In this document: positions 42,244 to 51,582 of the stretch, in pieces
How positions within the stretch are numbered: position 1 is the stretch's first letter
How the letters are laid out: the number at the start of each line of letters is the position of its first letter
Assembly: GCA_038749105.1 (NCBI GenBank)
Contig: JBCDIM010000013.1
Span: 1,825-65,824 of the forward strand
Reading direction: 5' to 3'
Length of the DNA: 64,000 bases
DNA from: Planctomycetota bacterium
GTDB taxonomy: Bacteria > Planctomycetota > Phycisphaerae > Phycisphaerales > Phycisphaeraceae
The notes under the pieces: model-generated
What the model saw: the letters and a program-made list of their open reading frames with translations, nothing else
Told to the model about the DNA's origin: nothing
Databases searched by the model: none
Translations under genes and position numbers: made by a program

Positions 42244-42438
42244 CGACACAGCCTCCACTTTTGGGCTTTTCTCACATTTTTTTCTAATAAACCTATGAGA
42301 TGTCCAATACTGCCTGGCTAAGCCTCCAGGTCCAGAGCTCGCGTGCCCGCTGTGTGTGCCATACCTGCTTCGGAGGACCGCATGCCGTGCGCGGCTCTTG
42401 CTCACAACCCGCATCCACAGCCCGCTACACTCCGCGGC

Positions 42439-43131
42439 ATGCCCGACGCCTCACCCGAAGGCCTCATCGTGACCCTTGACGGGCCTGCCGGCTCCGGGAA
42501 GTCCACCGTGGCCCGACGGCTCGCAAAACGCCTCCGTGTCGACTTCCTCGATACCGGGGCGATGTACCGCGGTCTCACCGCGATGGCCCTGCTCCGGGGT
42601 ATCGACCCCGAGAACGAGCCTTTCTATGTCGTCGAGCTCGCCCGCAACTGCCCGCTGACCTTCAACTGGTCCACCGACCCGCCACGCATGCACGTCCGCG
42701 GCATGGACCTCACCGAACGCCTCCGCGATGCCGACGTCACCGGCTCGGTCTCCGATGTCGCCAAGCTCCCGGGTGTCCGCCAGGTGCTGGTCCAGAACCA
42801 GCGGCGGATCGGCCGGGAGCACCCCCGCCTGGTCACCGAAGGCAGAGACCAGGGCTCGGTCGTCTTCCCCGACGCCCACGCCAAGTTCTATCTCGACGCC
42901 AACGCCACCGTCCGGGCCCAACGGCGTGCCGATCAGCTCAAAGCCGCCGGCGTCCGGGCTGAGGTCGACCAGATCCGCCGCGAGATCCTCGCCCGTGACG
43001 AGAAGGACTCGACCCGCGAAGAGGCCCCGCTGATCTGCCCCGAGGACGCCCTGCATGTCGATACCAGCGACATGACCCTCGACCAGGTCGTCGACTACCT
43101 CGAACAGCACATCCAGCAACACACCCGCTAA
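42439..43131 (+). CDS. cmk: Cytidylate kinase
   Basis: IVTLDGPAGSGKSTVARRLA ... FLDTGAMYR ... GRDQGSVVFPDA are the Cmk signatures. Start set at MPDASPEG. Confidence 0.9.
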   Translation: MPDASPEGLIVTLDGPAGSGKSTVARRLAKRLRVDFLDTGAMYRGLTAMALLRGIDPENEPFYVVELARNCPLTFNWSTDPPRMHVRGMDLTERLRDADVTGSVSDVAKLPGVRQVLVQNQRRIGREHPRLVTEGRDQGSVVFPDAHAKFYLDANATVRAQRRADQLKAAGVRAEVDQIRREILARDEKDSTREEAPLICPEDALHVDTSDMTLDQVVDYLEQHIQQHTR

Positions 43132-43179
43132 CAGTCCAACCCAACCGCACCCCAGCCTTACTCTGGCTTCCGCCCCCCC

Positions 43180-43887
43180 ATGCTCGCCGCCCTCCGCCAA
43201 CGCCAACCCGGCCAGCCCCTCTACCGCATCCTCTGGTGGCACCTCTACCACGGGCTCTGCTTCCTCGCGTTCGTCCCGCTCTACCGCTTCCGCGCCTACC
43301 ACGTCCACCGCATCCCCCGCACCGGGCCCATCCTCTTCGTCGCCAACCACCAGTCCTACTACGACCCGATCATCGTCGGGCTCGGCGCCCACTTCCGCCA
43401 GTTCTTCGCCATGGCCCGGGCCTCCCTCTGGAAGTCCAGAGCCTTCCGCTGGATGACCGTGCCCCTCAACCCCATCCCCGTCGAACAGGGCACCGGCGAC
43501 ATCAAGGCCATCAAACGCTGCGTCCAAGCCCTCAAGGACGGCCAGGCCCTCCTCGTCTTCCCCGAAGGCGCCCGCACCCCCGACGGCAGCATCCAGACCT
43601 TCGAACCCGGCGTCATGCTCCTGATCAAGCGCGCCAAGCCCACCGTCATCCCCGTCGCCCTCGACGGTGCCTATGACGCCTGGCCCATCCACGAATCCTC
43701 CCCCAAAGCCACCGGCCGCATCGGCTGCATCTACGGCCACCCCATCCCCGCCCAGACCCTGCTCGACATGGAGGCCGCCGACGCCTGCGAACACCTCCGC
43801 ACCGAGGTCGCCGGGCTCCAGGCTGAACTGCGCACCCACCTCCACCCCAAGCCCCGTCGGGGCCTCGCCCGCGCCGCTTGGCAGTAG
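43180..43887 (+). CDS. plsC: 1-acyl-sn-glycerol-3-phosphate acyltransferase
   Basis: FVANHQSYYDP (HX4D) and VFPEGARTPDG motifs. Confidence 0.85.
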   Translation: MLAALRQRQPGQPLYRILWWHLYHGLCFLAFVPLYRFRAYHVHRIPRTGPILFVANHQSYYDPIIVGLGAHFRQFFAMARASLWKSRAFRWMTVPLNPIPVEQGTGDIKAIKRCVQALKDGQALLVFPEGARTPDGSIQTFEPGVMLLIKRAKPTVIPVALDGAYDAWPIHESSPKATGRIGCIYGHPIPAQTLLDMEAADACEHLRTEVAGLQAELRTHLHPKPRRGLARAAWQ

Positions 43888-43957
43888 CCCCATCTCCGGC
43901 CCCGCCGCCCAGCCCGCATGCTGTCGCCGAGACGCCGACTCTGCCGATGTCTCTTCC

Positions 43958-45178
43958 ATGCGCATCGCCCTCGACGCCCGCGTCCTCGCCGCCCCTCAGC
44001 GGCGCGGCATCGCCAAGAGCCTCTTCCGGCTCTACCAGGCCCTCGCCCTGGCGCGACCGGACTGGCAGGTCGTCGCCTACCACCGCGGCCTCCACCGCCT
44101 CGATCTGACGATGCCCGACAACGTCGTCGAGCAGCACGTCATCGAGATCCCCGGCGACCGCTTCGACGCCTGGCCCCGGCTCCGCCTCCCCGCCGCCGTC
44201 CGGAACGCCGACGTCGACCTCCTGCACTGCCCCGCCAACGCCGGCCCGCGCTGGATGCCCAAGCCCACCGTCGTCACCGTCCACGACCTGATCCCGCTGG
44301 ACATGCCCGAGGGCCGGGACGAGACCGAGGTCGACCGCTTCGAGGTCGGCGTCCGCACCGCCTGCCGCCGCGCCGCCGCTGTCGTCTGTCCCTCCGCTTA
44401 TACCCGTGAGCGCCTGATCGCCGAGCACGGCCTCAACCCCGCCCGCGGGTTCGTCGTCCCCTGGGGCGTCACCACTTCACCCGCTGACCCCACCGACCCG
44501 CACACCCTCACCACGCTCAACCGCTACCAGCTCGAGCACCCCTACTTCCTCCACTTCGGGGCCGCCGAGCCCCGCAAGAACACCCGCGGCCTCATCGAGG
44601 CCTACGCCCTGGTCCCGCCGGTCTACCGCCAACGCGTGCCCCTGCTCATCCTGGGCCTCGACGAGCGCGCCAAGGCCGAGATGACCCGCCTCGCCGACTC
44701 CCTCGGCGTGCCCACCACCGCCAGCCCGACACAGCCCGTCCCGACCCGCACCCCCCGCGGCCTCATCCGGTTCGCCGGCTTCGTCCCCGAGGACGACCTC
44801 GGCCCGCTCCTCGCCGGTGCCCTCAGCCTCGCCTACCCCAGCTACGCCGAGGGCTTCGGCCTGCCCATCCTCGAAGCCTTCGCCGCCGGTATCCCCGTAC
44901 TCGCCTCCGATCGCTCGGCCATCCCCGAGATCGCACACGACGCCGCCGAGGTCGTCCACCCCGACGATCGTGTCGCCATCACCAAAGCCCTCACCCGGCT
45001 CGCCAAGGACCCCCTGCGCCGCCGAGAGCTTGTCCACCTCGGCCGACAACGCGTCACCGCCTTCTCGTGGAAGCACGCCGCCGAGGCCTTCGCCGCCGCC
45101 CTCGAACACGCCGCCGTCCAGGCCCGCCGTCCCAGCCCCCGCGTCCTGGCCCTCCAGCAGCGACGCCCCGCCGCCTGA
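43958..45178 (+). CDS. Glycosyltransferase family 4 (GT-B)
   Basis: Start set at MRIALDARVL. PSYAEGFGLPILEAFAAGIPVLASD (E-x7-E). Confidence 0.8.
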   Translation: MRIALDARVLAAPQRRGIAKSLFRLYQALALARPDWQVVAYHRGLHRLDLTMPDNVVEQHVIEIPGDRFDAWPRLRLPAAVRNADVDLLHCPANAGPRWMPKPTVVTVHDLIPLDMPEGRDETEVDRFEVGVRTACRRAAAVVCPSAYTRERLIAEHGLNPARGFVVPWGVTTSPADPTDPHTLTTLNRYQLEHPYFLHFGAAEPRKNTRGLIEAYALVPPVYRQRVPLLILGLDERAKAEMTRLADSLGVPTTASPTQPVPTRTPRGLIRFAGFVPEDDLGPLLAGALSLAYPSYAEGFGLPILEAFAAGIPVLASDRSAIPEIAHDAAEVVHPDDRVAITKALTRLAKDPLRRRELVHLGRQRVTAFSWKHAAEAFAAALEHAAVQARRPSPRVLALQQRRPAA

Positions 45179-45184
45179 CCACCC

Positions 45185-45237
45185 TTTAGCCCCGGGCTCT
45201 GCCCAGGGGCACGCGGCGTGCCCGATGCCTCACCCGC
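45185..45237. repeat. TTTAGCC-hairpin element (long subfamily), copy 2, between two co-directional GT genes
   Basis: TTTAGCCCCGGGCTCTGCCCAGGGGCACGCGGCGTGCCCGATGCCTCACCCGC aligns with 30991-31042. Confidence 0.8.
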
Positions 45238-45257
45238 TACCTGCACGCTCCCGCCCC

Positions 45258-46550
45258 ATGTGCGACGTCCTCTTCATCAGCGAACGCCCGCTCTGGCCCC
45301 TCGACCAGGGCTTCCGCGTCCACGGCATCGCCCTCGCCCGTGCACTCGCCGACCTCGGCCAATCCGTCCGCCTGTCTTCCCTACAACCGACTCAACACTC
45401 CGAGACGCCCGACGACATCCGGGCCATGCTCACCCCCTGGCCCGAGCCCACCGCCGACGACATCGCCCATACCAAGCAAGCCTGGCAGCAGCAGGGCGGT
45501 CCCCTCACCCGAGCCCTCCGCCGCAAAGCCGCCGCCCACCAAGCCCTCGCCCCCCGCGACACCGCCGGCCTGCTCCCCCTCATCCACCAACTCCAACCCA
45601 CTCACCTCATCGCCCTCGGCCCCCACGGCCCCGTCTTCCTCCAATCCCTCGCCTCCACCCCACACACCCCGACCCGCACCTGGTACGCCGCCGACGAGCC
45701 CGCCTCCTTCGCCCTCTCCTGCCTCCGCCGCGAACCAATGACCCGCTGGCCCCACCGCCTCCGCCAGGCCGCCGTCTTCGCCACCCTCCAACACACATCA
45801 TCCCCCGCGATCCAAACCGTCATCGGGGTCTCACCCACCGACACCCGCCGGCTCAAACGCCTCACCCGCGCCCCCCACGCCCTGCTCCTCCCCAACGGTG
45901 TCGACCCCACCCGCTTCCCCTTCCGCCCCCAACCGCCCCAAACCGGATACGCCCAGTCCATCGCCTTCTGGGGCAACCTCGCCTTCGAGCCCAACGCCGA
46001 CGCCGCCCGATTCCTGCTCAAGCGCCTCTGGCCCACGCTCATCAAGAACCACCCCAACGCCAAGCTCTCCCTCATCGGCCCCGGCCTCCCCAACAACCTC
46101 CGCCCACTGACCCAACAGCCCGGCGTCACCGTCACCGGCCACGTCCGCGACCTGACCCAGCTCCTCCACCAGCACGCCCTCGCTGTCATGCCCTTCCGCC
46201 TAGGCCTCGGCATCAAGAACAAGCTGCTCGAAGCCGCCGCCCTCGGGCTCCCCCTCGTCGCCTCGCCGCATGCCGTCCGAGAACTCCGCCACTCCACCGA
46301 TTCGCCCCCGTGGCTCACCGCCCAATCCCCGCGTCAGTGGATCGACGCCATCACCCACCTCTGGGCCCACCCCGAGGAGGCCAGCACCCTCGCCCACGCC
46401 GCCCACGCCTGGGTCCGCACCCACCACGACTGGACCACCCAAGCCCAAACGCTCCTCGACCACCTCAACCGGCTCACCCCACCCGCCCGCCAACCCGATG
46501 ACACCCACAGCGAACACGCCAGTCTGCAACCACCCGCCCGTGCCGCCTGA
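45258..46550 (+). CDS. GT-B glycosyltransferase resembling the PEP-CTERM/EpsH1-associated sugar transferase family
   Basis: Start set at MCDVLFISERPLWPLDQGFRVH. FWGNLAFEPNADAARFLLKRLWPTL...LSLIGPG...GVTVTGHVRDL...MPFRLGLGIKNKLLEAAALGLPLVAS matches my recollection of that family (TIGR03087, from memory). Confidence 0.65.
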   Translation: MCDVLFISERPLWPLDQGFRVHGIALARALADLGQSVRLSSLQPTQHSETPDDIRAMLTPWPEPTADDIAHTKQAWQQQGGPLTRALRRKAAAHQALAPRDTAGLLPLIHQLQPTHLIALGPHGPVFLQSLASTPHTPTRTWYAADEPASFALSCLRREPMTRWPHRLRQAAVFATLQHTSSPAIQTVIGVSPTDTRRLKRLTRAPHALLLPNGVDPTRFPFRPQPPQTGYAQSIAFWGNLAFEPNADAARFLLKRLWPTLIKNHPNAKLSLIGPGLPNNLRPLTQQPGVTVTGHVRDLTQLLHQHALAVMPFRLGLGIKNKLLEAAALGLPLVASPHAVRELRHSTDSPPWLTAQSPRQWIDAITHLWAHPEEASTLAHAAHAWVRTHHDWTTQAQTLLDHLNRLTPPARQPDDTHSEHASLQPPARAA

Positions 46551-46566
46551 ACCCACGCCCCGCCGA

Positions 46567-46601
46567 CCTACAACCTACGGCCTACCACCTACCACCTCCC
46601 C
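46567..46601 (+). repeat. Heptamer tandem array (CCTACAA CCTACGG CCTACCA CCTACCA CCTCCCC) immediately upstream of ATG 46604
   Basis: Read directly. Same 4x CCTACNN + CCTCCNN architecture as 27653-27687. Confidence 0.85.
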
Positions 46602-46603
46602 CC

Positions 46604-47035
46604 ATGGCCTGGACCTCCATGCATTTCGCCGTCGGCATGGCCTGCGGCGCCGCCCTCAGCGTCGCCCCCTGCCTCGTCCGGCCCCGCCTCTTCCGGCAAC
46701 TCCCCCGCGTCCTGCCCCTCGCCATGACCGCCGGCGGACTCACCGCCTGCATCCCCGACGCCACCCGTCTTTTCACCGAAGACTTCCCCAACGCCCCCTT
46801 CGCCGCCACGCTCGGCTCCCGCCATCTCCGCGATTGGCTGCAGCACCACGCCGACTGGTTCTTCTTCCACGGCCACCTCGACCGCCAGCCCCGCGAGTTC
46901 GCCCTCCACGGCCTCGCCCTGATCATCCTGCTCTACAACCTCGCCCTGCTCCCCACCCTCTTCCGACGCTCACCCCCACCCGCCCCCCAACCCGCCCGCG
47001 AACCCAGGCCCCAAACCCCCTCCAATCCCGCCTGA
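46604..47035 (+). CDS. Hypothetical membrane protein
   Basis: 143 aa, 3-4 hydrophobic segments, His-rich loop WLQHHADWFFFHGHLD. No family recognised. Confidence 0.45.
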   Translation: MAWTSMHFAVGMACGAALSVAPCLVRPRLFRQLPRVLPLAMTAGGLTACIPDATRLFTEDFPNAPFAATLGSRHLRDWLQHHADWFFFHGHLDRQPREFALHGLALIILLYNLALLPTLFRRSPPPAPQPAREPRPQTPSNPA

Positions 47036-47243
47036 TCAGGCTAAACCCCTCTCCTAGGCAAATCACCAGCCTTTCACGCGAATCTCAAATCAATCCCGCT
47101 TGACTCGCCTAACCTTCTGGCCGAAAGCAATCAAGCTGGTCCGATCTATTCAACCCGCTCCGGGCACTGCCACCCAGCGTTCGCCACGCATCAGCCTGTC
47201 GCTCCCTCCGAATCAGAAAACGTTCACCCGCAGCACGATCCCC

Positions 47244-47591
47244 ATGCCGGCCTCCACTCCCCAAGCCAACTCGACCCCGTCCACCGCCGCACCCGTCGAG
47301 GAATGGCTTATCACCGCCTACGCGCCCCACGCCGACGCCACCCACCTCGCCCGGGATACCAACGGCCAAGGCGTGGCCTGGCTCCCCCTCCAGGCCGACC
47401 CCGAGCGCCCCGGCCACTGGTCCGCCACCCTCACCCTCACCCCCGGCGCCCACCGCCTGCGCTACTACGCCCAGCAGGACGGCACCTACCTGAACTGCGG
47501 CGCCGCCGGCCTCACCGCTCACCGCCTGTCAAACCCCACGGGCCTGGTCCACGTCGAGCTCGCGACCAACCGCTTTGCCCTCGCCATCTGA
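47244..47591 (+). CDS. Hypothetical protein, possible E-set/CBM48-like beta-sandwich
   Basis: Start set at MPASTPQ. WSATLTLTPGAHRLRYYAQQDGTYL resembles glycogen-binding/early-set domains. Weak call. Confidence 0.35.
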   Translation: MPASTPQANSTPSTAAPVEEWLITAYAPHADATHLARDTNGQGVAWLPLQADPERPGHWSATLTLTPGAHRLRYYAQQDGTYLNCGAAGLTAHRLSNPTGLVHVELATNRFALAI

Positions 47592-47667
47592 TTGAGGCCC
47601 AGGCGATCTCATACCAACTTCATTGATGGCCGCGATGCGACGCATCGCCGGCCCCGTTCCGCCCGAC

Positions 47668-48054
47668 TCACCCCTGACCTAACATCCCCGACATCGCCGA
47701 CAGGTCAATCCCGCCCGCCGCCTCCGCCATCTTCGCCTGCACCGCCGCCTGCGCTTTTTCCATCGCCGCGTTCACCGCCGCCGCCATCAGTTCCTCGATC
47801 ATCTCCCGGTCCTCCGCCGCCCGCTGCTCATCCCCATCACCCGCGACCAGGCCCGCCATCATCGCCGGCTCGATCCGCACCGACAGCACCCTGAACTTCC
47901 CGTTCATCTCCACCCGCACCGCTCCCGCGCCCGACTCCCCCTCCACCCGCAGCTCTTCAAGCTCCGCCTGCGCCCGCTCCATCTTCTCCCGGAGCTCCGC
48001 CGGATTCCCCAGCATCCCCATCAACGACTTCAGCTGTTTCATCTGTTCAAACAT
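47668..48054 (-). CDS. ybaB: YbaB/EbfC family nucleoid-associated protein
   Basis: MFEQMKQLKSLMGMLGNPAELREKMERAQAELEELRVEGESGAGAVRVEMNGKFRVLSVRIEP is a typical YbaB layout. Confidence 0.85.
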   Translation of the reverse strand: MFEQMKQLKSLMGMLGNPAELREKMERAQAELEELRVEGESGAGAVRVEMNGKFRVLSVRIEPAMMAGLVAGDGDEQRAAEDREMIEELMAAAVNAAMEKAQAAVQAKMAEAAGGIDLSAMSGMLGQG

Positions 48055-48100
48055 GCACCCATTCTAACCCCGCACACTCCACCCGCTCGTCTCCCACCCG

Positions 48101-49090
48101 TCACGCCTCCACGACGTTCCGTGCCGTCGCCGCCGGCACATACACCACCACGCCCTGCTCGCCCCGCACCGCCAGCCCCTGCGCCGGGTCGATCGCCACC
48201 ACCTCCCCCCGGACCTCCCGGCCATCGCTGAGCAGCACCACCCGCCGACCCAGCTGCACACACCGCTTCCGCCAAAAATCCACCACCCCCGGATCAGCCC
48301 CCGCACCGCCGACCGCCATCCCTTCAAGCCCCGCGATCAGCTCCCGTACCACCGCCAACCGGTGCATCGGCCCCACCACGCCCACCGCTCCCACCAACCC
48401 GACCGCTCCCAACTCATCCAACGCCGCCGCCACGCCCTCTATCTCGCCCGGCCAACCCCCGGCAGGGCGGTGCACGTTCAACCCCACCCCGACCACCACC
48501 TTCCCGGCCACCCGCTCGATCAATACCCCCGCCAACTTCCGCCCGCCCACCAGCACATCGTTCGGCCAACGCATCTCCGCAGCCCCGTCCCCCGCCCACT
48601 GCTCGACCACGCTCGCCACCACCACCCCGACCGCCAGGCTCAACGCCTCCCCTGCGTCACCGCCATCGTTCAACACCATTGACAGCCACACCCCCGACCC
48701 CGCCGGCGACGCCCACGCTCGGCCCAACCGACCACGCCCCGCCGACTGCGCATCGGCCAGCACCACCCCGGTCCGCCCCGACTCCGCCAGCTCCCGCGCC
48801 ACCGCCTGCGTCGAAGCCGTCTCCCGCAACACCACCACATGGCGTTCATCACCTGAAGAAGCAGGGGGGTACGCCACCAGGTAGTCCGCCCACACCGACA
48901 GGCCCGCGCTCAGCAGCCGAACCCCTCGCTGCGGGTGCCGTTCCAGCTCACAGCCCGCCGTCTCCAACCGCTCCAACTCGCGGCCCGCCCGTGGCCCCAA
49001 GGCCTCCACCCCGACGGGCTCCGCCGCTTTCAACAGCACATCAAGCAACCCCACGTCGACCAAAGCCGGCCCACTCAACCCTGGCCCCAA
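48101..49090 (-). CDS. birA: Biotin--[acetyl-CoA-carboxylase] ligase
   Basis: ETASTQAVARELAE ... VVLADAQSAGRGRLGRAWASPAGSGVWLS (GRGRxGRxW motif). C-terminal SH3-like domain. Confidence 0.85.
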   Translation of the reverse strand: MGPGLSGPALVDVGLLDVLLKAAEPVGVEALGPRAGRELERLETAGCELERHPQRGVRLLSAGLSVWADYLVAYPPASSGDERHVVVLRETASTQAVARELAESGRTGVVLADAQSAGRGRLGRAWASPAGSGVWLSMVLNDGGDAGEALSLAVGVVVASVVEQWAGDGAAEMRWPNDVLVGGRKLAGVLIERVAGKVVVGVGLNVHRPAGGWPGEIEGVAAALDELGAVGLVGAVGVVGPMHRLAVVRELIAGLEGMAVGGAGADPGVVDFWRKRCVQLGRRVVLLSDGREVRGEVVAIDPAQGLAVRGEQGVVVYVPAATARNVVEA

Positions 49091-50001
49091 TCCAGCCCGA
49101 GGTCCAGCGCCGGGGCCGAGTGCGTCAACGCCCCCACCGAGACCCGGTCCACCCCCGACGCCGCCAGCCCCGCCACCGTCTCCAGCGTGACTCCCCCCGA
49201 CGCTTCCAAACGCACCGCCGGCGCGACCCGATCCCGCATCGCCACCGCCTCCCGCAAAACCTCGGCCGGCATGTTGTCCAACAACACCAGATCGATCGGG
49301 GCCTCCAGCACCACCGCCAGCTGCTCCAGCGTGTCCACTTCCACCTGCACAGACTGCAGCTGCGGGTTCAACCGGCGGGCCTCGACCACCGCCTCCTCCA
49401 GCCGTGCGACCAAACCGCCCATCGGCACCCCAGCCAGGTGGTTGTCTTTCACCAGCACCGCGTCATACAGCCCCATCCGGTGCGTCGTCCCGCCGCCGCA
49501 CGCCACCGCATACTTCTCCAGGCCGCGTAGCCCCCAGTGCGTCTTCCGCGTGCAACAGACCTCCGCCCGTGTGCCCTTGACCTGCTCGACGTAGGACGCT
49601 GTCAGCGTGGCGATCCCGGACAGGTGCGTCAGCAGGTTCAGCAGCACCCGCTCCACCATCAGCACCCCCCACGCCGGCCCCCGCAGCGTCGCCACCGCGT
49701 CGCCCGCCGCCAAACGATCCCCGTCCGACCTCGACTCCTCCAGCTCCAGTTCTTCCCCATACGCCGCCACCACCCTCGACCCCAACGCCAGCCCGCTCAA
49801 CACCCCCGCCTGCCGTGCCACCACCCGCATCTCCAGCACCGCCGCCCGGTCCACGAACGCCATCGTCGTAACATCCAACCCACCGCCCCCAACGCCCCCA
49901 CCGGCACCACCACCCTCAAGCTGCCCCAGGTCCTCCTCCCGCGCCACCGCGATCAGCCCCATCAACGCCGCCTCCGAGATAAACGCATTCAGGTCCGGCA
50001 T
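49075..50001 (-). CDS. nadC: Nicotinate-nucleotide diphosphorylase (carboxylating)
   Basis: Start set at MPDLNAFISEAALMG. CCTRKTHWGLRGLEKYAVACGGGTTHRMGLYDAVLVKDNH and LDNM ... ASGGV are the NadC signatures. Confidence 0.88.
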   Translation of the reverse strand: MPDLNAFISEAALMGLIAVAREEDLGQLEGGGAGGGVGGGGLDVTTMAFVDRAAVLEMRVVARQAGVLSGLALGSRVVAAYGEELELEESRSDGDRLAAGDAVATLRGPAWGVLMVERVLLNLLTHLSGIATLTASYVEQVKGTRAEVCCTRKTHWGLRGLEKYAVACGGGTTHRMGLYDAVLVKDNHLAGVPMGGLVARLEEAVVEARRLNPQLQSVQVEVDTLEQLAVVLEAPIDLVLLDNMPAEVLREAVAMRDRVAPAVRLEASGGVTLETVAGLAASGVDRVSVGALTHSAPALDLGLDWGQG

Positions 50002-50003
50002 GG

Positions 50004-50681
50004 TCACTCCCCCGCCCGATCCTTCCGCGGGAAGCTCACAACATACCGCCGCTCCCCGACACGAACCAACCGCACCACATCCCCGCCGCGCACCCCGTGC
50101 TCCGCGTACAGCCGGCCAAACACCCGGCTCCGCAGCATCGCCCCCTTCGCGAAGTCCGTCTCCACCACCCCGCCCCCCGGCAGCTCCAGCGTCACCCGGC
50201 TCGCCCGCATCTTCGCCGACGCAAACGGCAGGCTCAGATACCCGTTCCGCACCGCACCCCCACGCAGCACCACCTCCCGCACCGGGCTCACCTCCTCCGG
50301 CAACGCGTACCACGCCCGCATCGCCTGCACCGCATACCTCGGCCCGACCGCCATCGGCTCCACCCGCTCCAGCCCCATGAACACCGCGAACCGGCTCGCC
50401 GACTTCCCCTCCCAATACGCGTCATCCCCGCACACCGCGGGCTCGTAGCGCTCCCGCAAACCCGCCACCCTCCGCGGCGTCAGCCCAGCGTGCTCCTCCA
50501 CCCAACCCACCTCCGCCATCCCCACAAACGGCCCGCCGCTCTGTTTGAGAAACACCCGCTCCCCCGCCTTCACCACCCCGTACGGCTCCCGCCCCTGACG
50601 CATCAGCCGAGACTCCACCGTCTTCTGCCCACCGAGCACGAGCCCGCAGTACCGCCGCAGCAAAATCGCCACATGGATCAT
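50004..50681 (-). CDS. ASCH-domain protein with an additional C-terminal beta-rich domain
   Basis: N-terminal LVLGGQKTVESRLMRQGREPYGVVKAGERVFLKQSGG is ASCH/PUA-like. The stop lies 2 nt before the nadC start. Confidence 0.6.
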   Translation of the reverse strand: MIHVAILLRRYCGLVLGGQKTVESRLMRQGREPYGVVKAGERVFLKQSGGPFVGMAEVGWVEEHAGLTPRRVAGLRERYEPAVCGDDAYWEGKSASRFAVFMGLERVEPMAVGPRYAVQAMRAWYALPEEVSPVREVVLRGGAVRNGYLSLPFASAKMRASRVTLELPGGGVVETDFAKGAMLRSRVFGRLYAEHGVRGGDVVRLVRVGERRYVVSFPRKDRAGE

Positions 50682-50720
50682 GGCCGCAACCTACACCGGC
50701 CGTCCACCCCGCACACAGGC

Positions 50721-51533
50721 TCACGCCAACGCGGTCCAGATCATCCACCCCGCCGCCGCCGCTGCGCCGCTGTACATCACCGCCATGAACGGCCGCTCCG
50801 GCATCCGGCGGTGCATCCAAAAACCCAGCGCCGCCCCCAAGGGGATCAGCGGGATCACCAGCGCCGACTCCATCAGCGTCGCCCCGTTGATCAGGCCCAG
50901 CCCGAGGTAGAAAGGCACCTTCACCCAGTTCACCACGAAGAAGAACACGACCAGCGTCCCCACCAACGCCGCCTTGCTGAACCGCCGTTCCAGCCAATAG
51001 ATCGACATCACCGGGCCCGCCGCGTGCGCCAGCGTCGACACCCCGCCCGCGATCCCGCCCGCAATCCCGCCCGCCACCGGCGTCCCAGGCAGCCGGGGCA
51101 CCCGACCGCCGATCATCCGGTATACCTGCACCCCCACAAACACCAGGCACACCCCGCCCACCACCAGCCGCAGCGCCACCTCCAGCACCCCCCGGTCCCG
51201 GAACAGCAGGATCACCCCCGCGCCCAACACAACCCCCACCGCCGCACCGATCAACGCCGGCCGAAGCGCCCCCCAGTCCGTGCTCCGCCGGTGCTGCCAC
51301 ACCGCCACCACGTCCGCCGCGATCAGCACCGGCAGCATCACCCCCACCGTCCGGCTCACCGGCAGCGCACTGGCGACCAACGGCACCGCCAGGATCCCGA
51401 TCCCCCCGCCAAACCCGCTCTTGGCGATCCCGATCACCACCACCGCCCCCGCCAACGCCGTGATGTACCACCACAGCGGCGTCCCTTCCGGCGGCAGACT
51501 CGTGAACCAATCCATAACCAACCCATCGGCCAA
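50721..51533 (-). CDS. TauE/SafE family sulfite/anion exporter
   Basis: AKSGFGGGIGILAVPL and a repeated 4-TM architecture. Confidence 0.75.
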   Translation of the reverse strand: MADGLVMDWFTSLPPEGTPLWWYITALAGAVVVIGIAKSGFGGGIGILAVPLVASALPVSRTVGVMLPVLIAADVVAVWQHRRSTDWGALRPALIGAAVGVVLGAGVILLFRDRGVLEVALRLVVGGVCLVFVGVQVYRMIGGRVPRLPGTPVAGGIAGGIAGGVSTLAHAAGPVMSIYWLERRFSKAALVGTLVVFFFVVNWVKVPFYLGLGLINGATLMESALVIPLIPLGAALGFWMHRRMPERPFMAVMYSGAAAAAGWMIWTALA

Positions 51534-51582
51534 TCCCCTGCACGCCCGCCTTCCAATCTCCGAATTCAGACGCCCACTCGCG

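Noticed and set aside
42184-42414. 76-aa minus-strand ORF in the PEP-CTERM upstream region
   Set aside because: It lies across the predicted promoter and leader, lacks GC3 bias, and has no recognisable motif.
42451-43965. 504-aa minus-strand ORF opposite cmk and plsC
   Set aside because: Gly/Ala/Asp/Val-rich artefact antisense to two well-supported genes.
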